From an uncultured Planctomycetia bacterium (GTDB lineage Bacteria > Omnitrophota > Gorgyraeia > Gorgyraeales > Gorgyraeaceae): a stretch of DNA of 64,000 nt. A model generated the notes under the pieces. It saw only the letters and a program-made list of their open reading frames with translations, ran no database searches and was not told where the DNA came from. Each line of letters opens with the position of its first letter. Positions within the stretch are counted from its first letter, which is position 1. This document shows positions 29,680-39,542 of this stretch, in pieces. Where the stretch lies: NCBI GenBank assembly GCA_964566255.1, contig CAZMID010000002.1:30923-94922 (forward strand), in the 5' to 3' direction. The position numbers were made by a program, and so were the translations under genes.

Positions 29680-30803
29680 AGACATCAAATAAACTTTTAA
29701 GGTGGGTTAGGACTATTAACTATCCGTCTTATGTAATATTTTTTGTAACAGCGAAATGTAATGCTAACTGCAAGATGTGTTTCTATAAAGACAACATGGC
29801 CAAAGCTTATCAAAAAGAGGAGGAACTGTCTGTAGAAGAATATGAAAAGATTAGTAAACGCATAAAACTAATAAATATATTAGGTATTTCTGGCGGTGAA
29901 CCATTTTTGAGAAAAGATCTGGCTGATATTGTGAAAGTTATTTATAAAAATTGCTCTCCTTTAGTGGTGGATCTTCCTACAAACGGATATTACGTGAAAG
30001 ATATTTTAAGGCAATCTGAGGAAATAGCCAAGTATTGTAAGGATATGGTTGTAGATGTGCAGCTTTCTATGGATGGGCCAGAAGAAATACACAATGAAAT
30101 ACGAGGCCTTAAGGATGGATTCAGCAGAGTAAGAGAGACTTATAAGGGTTTGATTGCATTGAGAAAAAAATATAACAATTTAAAAGTGAAGGCCTGTGTC
30201 GTATATTCTCATTACAATCAGGACTCTATTGAAGAGTTATTTGATATCCTCGGTAGGGATTTTAAGGATTTGGATAGAGTTGTATTTTCTGTAGTACATG
30301 GAAGCGTGAGTAATACTGAGGCATTTTCTTTTGATTGGAATAGATATTTTAAGATTTGCGATAGAATCCGGCATGGTTCAACTGTTAAAAGTATTGGAGA
30401 TTTTCATTCTATTTTTACCATTGCTTTAAGAATGGTTAAAAATGATTTCTTGAAAGAAGTATTAAGGACGAAGGACATGTATAGAAAGTGTGGCACAGGA
30501 AAAAGGGTGATTGTCGTTAATGAAACAGGAGCGGTTTTTCCTTGTGAGCCGCTTTGGCATTCGATAGGAGAATTAAGAAATAATAATTATGATATGGGGC
30601 AGATTTTGAATTCAAAGGAGATAAAGAATTTTTATAGAAAGATTGTTAAAGAAAAATGTAACTGTCATTGGGGACTGCCGTTATCAAACACACTGATTTA
30701 TAAACCAAGATATTATCCAAAGATATTGTTTGAGATGTTTAGGGTTATCAAAAGAAGCTTTGCGAAAGAGACAATACCTTATCAGAGTAAATTATGTCAA
30801 TAA
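29676..30803 (+). CDS. Radical SAM enzyme with twitch/SPASM domain
   Basis: CNANCKMC, SGGEPF, C-terminal CGTG...G.VFPCE...CNCH. Confidence 0.9.
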   Translation: MKTSNKLLRWVRTINYPSYVIFFVTAKCNANCKMCFYKDNMAKAYQKEEELSVEEYEKISKRIKLINILGISGGEPFLRKDLADIVKVIYKNCSPLVVDLPTNGYYVKDILRQSEEIAKYCKDMVVDVQLSMDGPEEIHNEIRGLKDGFSRVRETYKGLIALRKKYNNLKVKACVVYSHYNQDSIEELFDILGRDFKDLDRVVFSVVHGSVSNTEAFSFDWNRYFKICDRIRHGSTVKSIGDFHSIFTIALRMVKNDFLKEVLRTKDMYRKCGTGKRVIVVNETGAVFPCEPLWHSIGELRNNNYDMGQILNSKEIKNFYRKIVKEKCNCHWGLPLSNTLIYKPRYYPKILFEMFRVIKRSFAKETIPYQSKLCQ

Positions 30804-31651
30804 AATTAGATTTACATATTCATTCTAAATCGCGGGGAAGAGTTTTTATAAATGCTGAGCAATTGAGAGGGTCTTTGAAACGGAATAAACTGGACGGCGT
30901 AGCAATAACTAATTTTTTTGATATTTCCCATGCACTCTGGCTCAAAGAAAAGGTTAAAGAATATATTATTATAGTCGGCCAGGAGATATGGACAAAGGAT
31001 GGCCATATAGTGGCATTGGGCATCAAGAAGAGGATTGCTGATTTTCAAACTATCCAGGAAACCACCAACTGTATACATGAACAGGGTGGGATCGCTGTAG
31101 CTGTTCACCCCTTTTTATCTTTGGGAATAGGTAAGAAGGCAATGTTATTTCCTTCCATTGATGCAGTGGAGGTCTATAACGGGGTTATGGGAAATTTTGT
31201 TATTCCTAATTATTTAGCAGAAAGAATGGCTAAAAAAATGGGAATATCACAACTTGCTTCTACAGATACGACTGATCCAAAATTGATTGGCCGCAGTTAT
31301 ACTGAAATTATGACCAAAGATCCCAAATTGATACTGAAGAGTATTTGTTCAGGGGATGTTAGATTGTTTAAAAGGGCATTGCCATTTCCATTTATATTTG
31401 TTTTTAAGGGTATTTTTAAGTTCCAAGATGTAGAACCGTGTTCAACTCATGGTGTCCCTTGTTTTGTATGTGCAAAATCAATGACTGTAAGGTTGTTTAA
31501 AGAGAAATTCAAATGTTTCGATTGCGGCAAAATAGTATTTTCGCATATAGCCTGTTCTAACGGCCATTATATTTGTGTTCCGTGTATGATAAAAAGAGGC
31601 ACTGACATAAAAGACACTTATAGTATTGAGGAAAATATCCATGCGGCATAA
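30794..31651 (+). CDS. PHP-domain protein with C-terminal Cys-rich zinc finger
   Basis: DLHIHS, GQE, AVHPF, EVYNG; tail CFVC..CFDC..CSNGHYICVPC. Confidence 0.8.
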   Translation: MSIKLDLHIHSKSRGRVFINAEQLRGSLKRNKLDGVAITNFFDISHALWLKEKVKEYIIIVGQEIWTKDGHIVALGIKKRIADFQTIQETTNCIHEQGGIAVAVHPFLSLGIGKKAMLFPSIDAVEVYNGVMGNFVIPNYLAERMAKKMGISQLASTDTTDPKLIGRSYTEIMTKDPKLILKSICSGDVRLFKRALPFPFIFVFKGIFKFQDVEPCSTHGVPCFVCAKSMTVRLFKEKFKCFDCGKIVFSHIACSNGHYICVPCMIKRGTDIKDTYSIEENIHAA

Positions 31652-32747
31652 AGTTAGTATAGGTAGATATCAGGATTTTGAGAAGATTTTGACTGATATC
31701 GGAGGAATAGAGAGGTTTGTAAAAAAGGGCGATAGGGTTTTTATAAAACCTAATATCTGTGTTCCCAAATCTTATGAGACCGGGACTACAACGAATCCAT
31801 ATTTGATTGAAAGATTAATAAGGTTGCTTAAAGATATAACTGGAAATATCCAGATAGGGGATGGTCCTATCCCTGCGTTCGGAAGATTATTTTCTGTGAA
31901 CCACCCTTTGATTTATGATATTGCAAAAAAATATGATATTGATGTAATCGATCTTAATTATGCAGATAAAAAAATAGTAGGATCTTTTGCTATCTCAGCA
32001 CCGCTTTTAGAGGCAGATGTTATAATAAATATGCCTGTCTTGAAGACACATGTGAGGGCAGGGATTTCGTGTTCTCTTAAAAATATGATGGGTGCTGTAC
32101 CTCTTCGCTTGAAACACGAGATGCATAAACATGGCCTTGATAATAGAATAGTCGAGCTTGCTAAGACCATAAGGCCACATCTAAATATCGTTGATGCTGT
32201 TATATGCCAAGAAGGGGATGGTCCTACTAATGGAACACCAAAGAAATTGGGTTTGGTTATTGCAGGTGATAATCAGGTTGCAGTGGATGGTTTGTGTTGT
32301 AAAATTATGGGAATAAATCCCCAAGGCATTCTACATCTCAAATGGGCAGAGAAGGAAAAGATAGGCCTTATTCGTAATTCAGAATATATTGGGTTTAAGT
32401 CTGAATTTATCTCCAAGTTTAAAATGCCCTCTATGTACAGGAATAGACTTATGCGACTTGCTATGCAAATAGCAGAAGGACCTATTATAAAATTATTTGA
32501 AAAAAATAATGGAATTTTGATAAATAAAGAAAAATGCATTAAATGCGGATTATGCGTAAAGGCCTGTCCTGTTAGTGCCATTAGCATGAACGCAGGAGAT
32601 TATCCTATTATAGATGATAAAAAGTGTATTTTATGTCTATGTTGCCATGAGGCGTGTTTAAATAATGCTATAGCGATTAAGAAAAAAGGAATTTCAGGAT
32701 CTGGGATAATAAAAGAAACACATAAAAAGGAGAAGGTTTATGCTTAA
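31641..32747 (+). CDS. DUF362 protein with C-terminal 2x[4Fe-4S] ferredoxin domain
   Basis: IKPN, TTNP, PVLKTH, SLKNMMG, EGDGP; CIKCGLCVKACP and CILCLCCHEAC; ATG at 31641. Confidence 0.88.
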   Translation: MRHKVSIGRYQDFEKILTDIGGIERFVKKGDRVFIKPNICVPKSYETGTTTNPYLIERLIRLLKDITGNIQIGDGPIPAFGRLFSVNHPLIYDIAKKYDIDVIDLNYADKKIVGSFAISAPLLEADVIINMPVLKTHVRAGISCSLKNMMGAVPLRLKHEMHKHGLDNRIVELAKTIRPHLNIVDAVICQEGDGPTNGTPKKLGLVIAGDNQVAVDGLCCKIMGINPQGILHLKWAEKEKIGLIRNSEYIGFKSEFISKFKMPSMYRNRLMRLAMQIAEGPIIKLFEKNNGILINKEKCIKCGLCVKACPVSAISMNAGDYPIIDDKKCILCLCCHEACLNNAIAIKKKGISGSGIIKETHKKEKVYA

Positions 32748-33786
32748 AAAGTTTTTAAATAATATTTTAGAATCAATTAGAAAGATGCGATTATATGCTC
32801 GAGTCGGGCTTACGAGCATGACTCCTTTAAAGGCATACGTGATGTTGCGTTATTGGATCTTAACCAACATTTTTAAAAAGGAGATTCCCTGGGTTATAGA
32901 GCTTTCAGTTACTTATAGGTGTCAGTGTAGGTGCGAACACTGTTCAGTATCAAATTATATTTCTGAAGCCGGTGAAAAAAAAGAGCTGACGAAAGATCAA
33001 ATAGAAGATGTTTTACAGCAGGCTGTTAAGATGGGAATACCCAAGGTAGATTATTTTGGAGGCGAGCCTTTATTACGAAAGGATATTGTTGATTTAGTTA
33101 AAATTGGCGCTAGGAAAGGTCTGTATATGTCAATAACTACCAATGGTTGGCTTTTAACACAAGACATGGCAAAAAAATTAAAGAAGGCAGGGATAAGCTG
33201 TATGAATATCAGCATAGATTCTACGTCTAAAGAAGAACATGACAGGCTTAGGGTGTTACCCGGACTTTATAAAAGGGCAGTGGATGCCATTAGATATTGC
33301 CATAAAGAGCGGATTTCTTGTGTTGTTTCTACATATGTAACTCGTGATAGGATAGTAAATTTTGGTGTAGGTGAATTAGATAATAGTGATTTGACTAAAA
33401 TTCTTTCCTTGTCAAGGGAGCTCAAGGCTTCTGGAGTAAGGGTATTATTTCCTATAATTTCAGGTGAATGGGTAAGTGAAGACAAAAAGGAATTTACTCA
33501 GGAAGAAGTAAGGCGTGTTATTGATGGTATTGACAGTTCTTTTGCTTTTATTGAAGGGGCATATTCAGTAAAGAATGGAAGGAAGATTTGTCAATCTTTA
33601 CAGGGAAAGATGTTTAATATCTCACCTTATGGTGAAGTACAACTTTGCATTGCCTTTACTGATGTTTTTGGGAATGTTAAGGATGCCTCTCTGAAGGATT
33701 TATTAAAGGGGATGTATACTCACCCCACATATATTAGAAACAAAGATTCATATTGTTGTAGTACTACTGGTTTAAAGAGATGTTAA
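32740..33786 (+). CDS. Radical SAM enzyme with twitch-like domain
   Basis: CQCRCEHC, FGGEPLL, TTNG, C-terminal CQS...ISPYGEVQLC. Confidence 0.9.
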   Translation: MLKKFLNNILESIRKMRLYARVGLTSMTPLKAYVMLRYWILTNIFKKEIPWVIELSVTYRCQCRCEHCSVSNYISEAGEKKELTKDQIEDVLQQAVKMGIPKVDYFGGEPLLRKDIVDLVKIGARKGLYMSITTNGWLLTQDMAKKLKKAGISCMNISIDSTSKEEHDRLRVLPGLYKRAVDAIRYCHKERISCVVSTYVTRDRIVNFGVGELDNSDLTKILSLSRELKASGVRVLFPIISGEWVSEDKKEFTQEEVRRVIDGIDSSFAFIEGAYSVKNGRKICQSLQGKMFNISPYGEVQLCIAFTDVFGNVKDASLKDLLKGMYTHPTYIRNKDSYCCSTTGLKRC

Positions 33787-33804
33787 AAGGTATAGGATAA
33801 AGTA

Positions 33805-35328
33805 ATGAACATTACGTTGATTCGTCCTCCAGCATATAGTACAGGATTGATGGGCGCTCAATTGGTGCCTTTTCTTGGAATTGCCTATATTGGTGCTGTT
33901 GCAAAAAAAGCAGGGCATAATGTTGATATTATAGATATGTGTGGAGAGGATATTGCTCGCACAGAGATTATACAGGATAGATATGTAGCTTATGGCATGT
34001 CTTTTGCTTCACTTGATAAACGGCTTAAGACTTCAGAGGTAATCGGTTTTACCTGTATGTTTTCCCAGGACTGGGTATTTCATAAGGCATTGATTGAATA
34101 TGTGCATAGGCTTTCTCCTGATAGTGTCTTCATTGCAGGAGGAGAACATATATCAGCTTTACCAGAGTATTGTTTAGACGATTGTCCCGAGTTAGATATC
34201 TGTGTAGTCGGTGAAGGAGAGGATGTATTTACACATCTTATCAGTACGCTTGAAGAAAAAGGTAGACTTTCTAATGTCCCAAGTCTTGTTTATCGTGACT
34301 GCAAAAATGGTGTTTATCACAGTACAAAAAGGTCTAATCGGATTAAAGATATAGATAGGATTCCTTTACCCATATGGGATCTTACCCCGATGGAAAATTA
34401 TCTCTCAAGGGAGTTAAATTATCATATACAGCGCGGTCGCACTATCCCAATGGTTGCAACTAGAGGATGCCCTTATAACTGTACTTTTTGTTCCAGTTTT
34501 AATATGTGGGGCAGACTTTGGATTCCGCGTAATCCTCGACTGGTCGTAGATGAAATGGAGTATTATATTGATAAGTATAAGGCAGACAATTTTGTTTTTT
34601 CAGAACTCACTACTATAGTAAGGAGAAAAGAGATTGTAGATTTGTGTAATGAAATTATAAATCGTAGAATTAATGTTACATGGCAACTTCCAACCTTGAG
34701 GACAGAGGATGTAGATTACGATATATTGAAACTTATGTATCAGGCAGGTTGTAGAGATTTAGATTTTGCTATAGAGTCAGGATCAAGGAAAGTGTTACTT
34801 AGTGTAAATAAGAGTAATAATCCGAATAAGATATTTTCTTTAGCTGGAGATGCAGTAGACCTGGGAATGAATCTGAGCACTAATATAGTTGTGGGCTTGC
34901 CACAAGAAAGATTTAGAGATTTTTTTAAAACTTATTGGCTGGTTGTAAAACTGGCAATTAGGGGCTCACAGGAATTAAACGTGTTTCCGTTTGTCCCTTA
35001 TCCAGGCTCAGAATTGTTTAAAGATTTTCTTAGAGATAAAAGGATTTCATTAAATGATGATTATTTTTTGAATCTCTTTGGTTATGGAAATTTGAGCAAG
35101 GCAATATCGTGGTCAGAACATTTTGGGCCAAGGACATTAAACTTCATGAGGCTTTTTTTATTGGTTAATTTTTATGGATTGATGTTGATTGCGCATCCGC
35201 GGCGCATTCTACAACTCATTAGTAATACTGTACGTGGCAGAGCCACTACAAAATTAGAAAATGTACTAAAGAAGGTATTTAAAAATGTCAATGTCTATGT
35301 TTCCAGTAGAGCAGGAAATACAGAATAA
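33805..35328 (+). CDS. Cobalamin-binding radical SAM enzyme 1
   Basis: B12-binding Rossmann N-terminus (LGIAYI, GGEH, GEGE) plus RGCPYNCTFC, IESGS. Confidence 0.92.
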   Translation: MNITLIRPPAYSTGLMGAQLVPFLGIAYIGAVAKKAGHNVDIIDMCGEDIARTEIIQDRYVAYGMSFASLDKRLKTSEVIGFTCMFSQDWVFHKALIEYVHRLSPDSVFIAGGEHISALPEYCLDDCPELDICVVGEGEDVFTHLISTLEEKGRLSNVPSLVYRDCKNGVYHSTKRSNRIKDIDRIPLPIWDLTPMENYLSRELNYHIQRGRTIPMVATRGCPYNCTFCSSFNMWGRLWIPRNPRLVVDEMEYYIDKYKADNFVFSELTTIVRRKEIVDLCNEIINRRINVTWQLPTLRTEDVDYDILKLMYQAGCRDLDFAIESGSRKVLLSVNKSNNPNKIFSLAGDAVDLGMNLSTNIVVGLPQERFRDFFKTYWLVVKLAIRGSQELNVFPFVPYPGSELFKDFLRDKRISLNDDYFLNLFGYGNLSKAISWSEHFGPRTLNFMRLFLLVNFYGLMLIAHPRRILQLISNTVRGRATTKLENVLKKVFKNVNVYVSSRAGNTE

Positions 35329-36145
35329 AATATTTAAATTAAGGAAAAAGGCGAATTGGATTAGAAGCCAAGTTTTAGAGATGATTGCCTTAGCCGGTAA
35401 AGGACATATTGGGGGAGCCTTTTCTTGTGCAGACATTCTGACCACTCTTTATTATGGCGGAGTGCTTCGTTTTGACATTTCTGATAAGGCCTGTGATAAA
35501 AGGGATAGATTTATTTTAAGCAAAGGACATTCAGGTACAACTTTATATGCAATACTGGCAGATCTTGGTTATTTCCCTCTTTCTGAATTACGTAATTATC
35601 AGAAGGAAGGGAGTATGCTGGGAGGGCATCCTGATAGGAAGATACCAGGCATAGAGGCTGATACAGGTTCTCTTGGACATGGCCTTGGTATTGGCGCAGG
35701 ATTAGCTTTAAGTGCGAAGATGAACAAAAAAGATTTCAAGACAGTTGTTTTGCTTGGTGATGGTGAGTGTTGCGAAGGTTCAGTCTGGGAAGCAGCTATG
35801 TTTTCAAGTCACCATAAGCTAAATAATCTTATTGGAATCGTGGACAAGAATGGGCTTTGTGTTACGGATTTTATTAAGGACTGCGTTGATATGGATCCAT
35901 TAAGCGAAAAATGGAAGGCCTTTGGTTGGGATGTAGCTATTATTAATGGTCATTCTTTTGAAGAGCTTCTATCAGTTTTTAAGGATTTGCATTCCCGTAA
36001 ATCAGATAGACCACTAATGATAATAGCAGAGACTGTGAAAGGTAAAGGTGTTTCTTTCATGGAGGGGAAGTGTAAGTGGCACCACAGTGTGCCAAAGGGC
36101 GAAGAACTTGAAACTGCAAGAAGAGAACTTAACGTGAATCTATAA
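35285..36145 (+). CDS. Split transketolase, N-terminal ThDP-binding subunit
   Basis: GHIGG, LSKGH, GHP, TGSLGHG, GDGE..EG..WEA, KGKG; alternative ATGs at 35291 and 35297. Confidence 0.92.
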   Translation: MSMSMFPVEQEIQNKIFKLRKKANWIRSQVLEMIALAGKGHIGGAFSCADILTTLYYGGVLRFDISDKACDKRDRFILSKGHSGTTLYAILADLGYFPLSELRNYQKEGSMLGGHPDRKIPGIEADTGSLGHGLGIGAGLALSAKMNKKDFKTVVLLGDGECCEGSVWEAAMFSSHHKLNNLIGIVDKNGLCVTDFIKDCVDMDPLSEKWKAFGWDVAIINGHSFEELLSVFKDLHSRKSDRPLMIIAETVKGKGVSFMEGKCKWHHSVPKGEELETARRELNVNL

Positions 36146-36156
36146 GGGGATTTGAA

Positions 36157-37098
36157 TTGAAGATTTCAACCGTTGATATGAGAGATGCTTTTTTTGATGA
36201 ATTGTATAAGATTGCCAAGGATGATCCACAAGTCGTTTTTCTTACTGCTGATATGGGAGCCCATAGCCTAGTCAGATTCAAAAAGGATCTTAAAAATCAA
36301 TATATTAATGTTGGGGTGGCTGAGCAAAATATGGTCAGCATATCTGCGGGTTTATCTTTGGGAGGTAAGAAAGTTTTTATATATACTATTATTCCATTTG
36401 CAACTTTGCGTTGTTATGAGCAGATCAAGATTGACCTCTGTTGCATGAATTTGCCAGTAACTATTATAGGGGCTGGTCCAGGATTTTGTTATGGAAGCGA
36501 TGGTCCTACTCATCATGCTACGCAGGATATTGCTGTTATGAGGACATTACCTGAGATGAGTATATTAAATCCGTCGGATTCCCTGATGTCTCAAGCGAGT
36601 GCAAGGATTGCATATACAAATTCATCCCCGACTTATGTGAGGATTGACAAAGGGATGCTTCCCTTGATTTATGATGAGATAAAAACTGATTTTTCAGAAG
36701 GCATTACTGAAGTCAGGCGTGGCAACGATCTAGCTATCATTTCTACTGGAATCATGGTGTGTAAGGCCTTGGAGGTAGCTGAGAGTTTACTTACTCATTC
36801 TATATCAGCCAGTGTAATTGATATATATAAAATTAAACCTTTGAATAAGAAGTTACTTTTAGAGTTTATTGATAAATCAAATCGCATTGTGACTCTGGAA
36901 GAAAATATTATTACAGGTGGAATAGGCAGCGCGGTAGGTGAAGTCTTAAATGATAATAGTAAAAAGATTCCTTTGAAACGTATAGCAATCTCTGATGAGC
37001 ACTGTTTTAAATCTGGCAGCAGGGAAGATTTGCAGGCATTTTATAATTTGGATAGAGATGGTATTACGGACACTATTTTAGAGTGGATAAGGAGGTAA
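36157..37098 (+). CDS. Split transketolase, C-terminal (pyrimidine-binding) subunit
   Basis: DMRDAF, GVAEQNM, RCYEQI, DGPTHHATQD. Confidence 0.92.
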   Translation: MKISTVDMRDAFFDELYKIAKDDPQVVFLTADMGAHSLVRFKKDLKNQYINVGVAEQNMVSISAGLSLGGKKVFIYTIIPFATLRCYEQIKIDLCCMNLPVTIIGAGPGFCYGSDGPTHHATQDIAVMRTLPEMSILNPSDSLMSQASARIAYTNSSPTYVRIDKGMLPLIYDEIKTDFSEGITEVRRGNDLAIISTGIMVCKALEVAESLLTHSISASVIDIYKIKPLNKKLLLEFIDKSNRIVTLEENIITGGIGSAVGEVLNDNSKKIPLKRIAISDEHCFKSGSREDLQAFYNLDRDGITDTILEWIRR

Positions 37099-37099
37099 C

Positions 37100-37885
37100 A
37101 TGGAATTCAATATTAGAGATAAATATGCCCTCGTTACAGGAGGCACCCACGGTATTGGTCGTAGTATAGCATTGGCATTAGCGGATGAAGGATGTAATGT
37201 TGCTGTTTGTTCGCGCAATATTGAACGAGTAGAAAAAACTACAGAAGAGCTAAAAGCAAAGGGAGTAAACTGTCTTGGAATACAGGCAGATGTTATGATA
37301 GAAAGCGACATTAAAAAGGTTATGAATAAGGTTATAGATACATGGGGAACAATTCATATCTTAATAAATAATGTTGGTGGTGGTGGTAGATGGGGTAAGG
37401 AGAATGTAGAGGAGACTGAGGAGAGGGTATGGATGGAGGTGTATAATAAAAATGCGATTGCAACAATGCGCTTTACAAATCTTGCTATTCCCTATATGCG
37501 CAAACAAAGATGGGGTAGGGTGATAACTATAACTTCGATATTTGGAAGAGAGGGAGGCTCAAGACCCTGGTTTAGCATGGCAAAGACAGCTCAAAGCAGT
37601 CTTATGAAGGCCCTTGCTATGAAACCTTATTTAACTAGCGATGGTATTACATTCAATAGTGTTGCCCCTGGCGCCATAATGATACCTGATACTGGATGGG
37701 AAAAGGCGCTCAAGGAAAAACCTGATGATGTACAGGAATTTGTTAAGAGAGAGCTTCCATTAGGTCGTTTTGGCACCTCTGAAGAAATAGCCAGCCTTGT
37801 AGTTTTTATATGTTCTGAGAAAGCGTCATTACTTAACGGTGCCTCTATACCTGTAGATGGGGGTCAAAGTAGGAGTATCCTTTGA
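37100..37885 (+). CDS. Classical SDR oxidoreductase with Phe in place of the catalytic Tyr
   Basis: TGGTHGIG, INNVG, FSMAK instead of YxxxK, NSVAPG, PLGRFG, VDGG. Confidence 0.88.
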   Translation: MEFNIRDKYALVTGGTHGIGRSIALALADEGCNVAVCSRNIERVEKTTEELKAKGVNCLGIQADVMIESDIKKVMNKVIDTWGTIHILINNVGGGGRWGKENVEETEERVWMEVYNKNAIATMRFTNLAIPYMRKQRWGRVITITSIFGREGGSRPWFSMAKTAQSSLMKALAMKPYLTSDGITFNSVAPGAIMIPDTGWEKALKEKPDDVQEFVKRELPLGRFGTSEEIASLVVFICSEKASLLNGASIPVDGGQSRSIL

Positions 37886-37898
37886 AAGGTAGATTCTA

Positions 37899-38570
37899 AT
37901 GAAGATATCTCTTGTTATTTTTACACTGAATGAAATAGATGGAATGAGGGTTATCATGCCGCGTATTAAAAAAGAGTGGTATGACCAATTGATTATTGTT
38001 GACGGTGGGTCGACAGATGGTACTGTTGAGTATGCAAAGGAACACGGTTACTTTATATTTGTACAAAACAGGAAAGGGGCCGGTGCAGCATTTAGAGAGG
38101 CAGTAGAAAAGGCAACAGGAGACATAGTTATTATATTGAGCCCTGATGGAAATTCTGTTCCTGAGAGGATACCTGATTTAATTGAAAAGATGAAGGAAGG
38201 ATATGATATAGTAATTGCTTCAAGATATACTAAAGGCGCAAAAAGCTATGATGATGATTTGGTAACTGCTTTTGGAAACTGGATGTTTACAAAGCTGATA
38301 AACTTGCTTTTTCGTTCCAAGATTACAGATTCATTGGTTATGTATCGAGCCTTTAGAAGGAGTGTAGTGGACGAACTCAAGATAAATACAGAAACCGTAT
38401 CGTGGGGTTCACAACTTCTGACAAGGGCAATTAGAAAAGGATTTAGAATTGGAGAAATTCCTGGCGATGAACCTCCTCGTATAGGTGGTGTAAGGAAGAT
38501 GCACCCACTGAAAAATGGAATATCCGAATTTTTGATGATTATTAGAGAATTTCTTACACGGAGGCAGTAA
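37899..38570 (+). CDS. GT2 glycosyltransferase (DPM1/ArnC-like), paralog 2
   Basis: TLNE, VDGGSTDGT, LSPDGN, GYDIVIASRY, DEPPRIGG. Confidence 0.88.
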   Translation: MKISLVIFTLNEIDGMRVIMPRIKKEWYDQLIIVDGGSTDGTVEYAKEHGYFIFVQNRKGAGAAFREAVEKATGDIVIILSPDGNSVPERIPDLIEKMKEGYDIVIASRYTKGAKSYDDDLVTAFGNWMFTKLINLLFRSKITDSLVMYRAFRRSVVDELKINTETVSWGSQLLTRAIRKGFRIGEIPGDEPPRIGGVRKMHPLKNGISEFLMIIREFLTRRQ

Positions 38571-39541
38571 TGTCATTTTTTAAAGATAAAAAGATCCTTG
38601 TTACAGGTGCAACAGGTTTTGTGGGCAGGAATCTGATTGACAAATTGTTGCAGTTAGATTCGACAATAAGGGCCACTATCCATAGGAGAGATCCTCTTAT
38701 TAATGATAATAGACTTGAGTATATAAAGGTAGATTTGACTAGGATGGAAGATTGCCAGAAGGTTGTTAAGGGGATGGACTATGTGTTTCATTGTGCTGGG
38801 AGTACTTCCGGGGCCTTTACTATTGAGAAGACCCCACTTGTACATGTGACACCAAATATAGTAATGAATTCACAGCTCTTGGAGGCTGCTTATTTTGCAA
38901 GGGTTAAAAAGTTTTCATGGATCGGTAGTTCCACAGGCTATCCTCCTTCAGGCAATAGACTAGTTAAGGAAGAAGAGATGATGGAGGGGGAGCCTTATGA
39001 TAAATATTTCTATGTAGGTTGGATGAAGAGATATACTGAAGTCCTTTGTCGTACATATTCGGAAAGATTAAAGAATCCCATGACGACAGTTGTATTGCGA
39101 CCTACGAATATTTACGGTGAATATGATGATTTTGAGTTTGAGACCTCCCATGTCTTTGCAGCCTTAATCAGGAGGATAGTAGAAAGGTGTAACCCTATTG
39201 AAGTATGGGGGACAGGAGAAGATGTAAGAGATTTAATTTATATCGGGGACTTTATTGAGGCCCTGCTTTTGGCGATGAAAAAAATCGATTCCTATAATCC
39301 TATAAATATTGGTTCAGGCAAAGGTTATAGCATTAAGGAGCTTCTTAGGATGATGTTAGAGATAGACGGTTACAGGGATGCCAAGGTCGTTTTTGATTCT
39401 TCTAAGCCAACAACGATTCCTGTGAGATTGATAGACACTACTAAAGCCAAGGCTCTATTAGGGTTTAGGGCAAAGACCGGGCTAGAAGAAGGAATTAAAA
39501 ATACTTTCAAATGGTATAGGGAAAACAGATTAAGGAAGTAG
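38570..39541 (+). CDS. Extended SDR, GDP-fucose-synthase-like NDP-sugar epimerase/reductase
   Basis: GATGFVG, RPTNIYG, SHVFAALI, VWGTG, RDLIY. Confidence 0.82.
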   Translation: MSFFKDKKILVTGATGFVGRNLIDKLLQLDSTIRATIHRRDPLINDNRLEYIKVDLTRMEDCQKVVKGMDYVFHCAGSTSGAFTIEKTPLVHVTPNIVMNSQLLEAAYFARVKKFSWIGSSTGYPPSGNRLVKEEEMMEGEPYDKYFYVGWMKRYTEVLCRTYSERLKNPMTTVVLRPTNIYGEYDDFEFETSHVFAALIRRIVERCNPIEVWGTGEDVRDLIYIGDFIEALLLAMKKIDSYNPINIGSGKGYSIKELLRMMLEIDGYRDAKVVFDSSKPTTIPVRLIDTTKAKALLGFRAKTGLEEGIKNTFKWYRENRLRK

Positions 39542-39542
39542 A

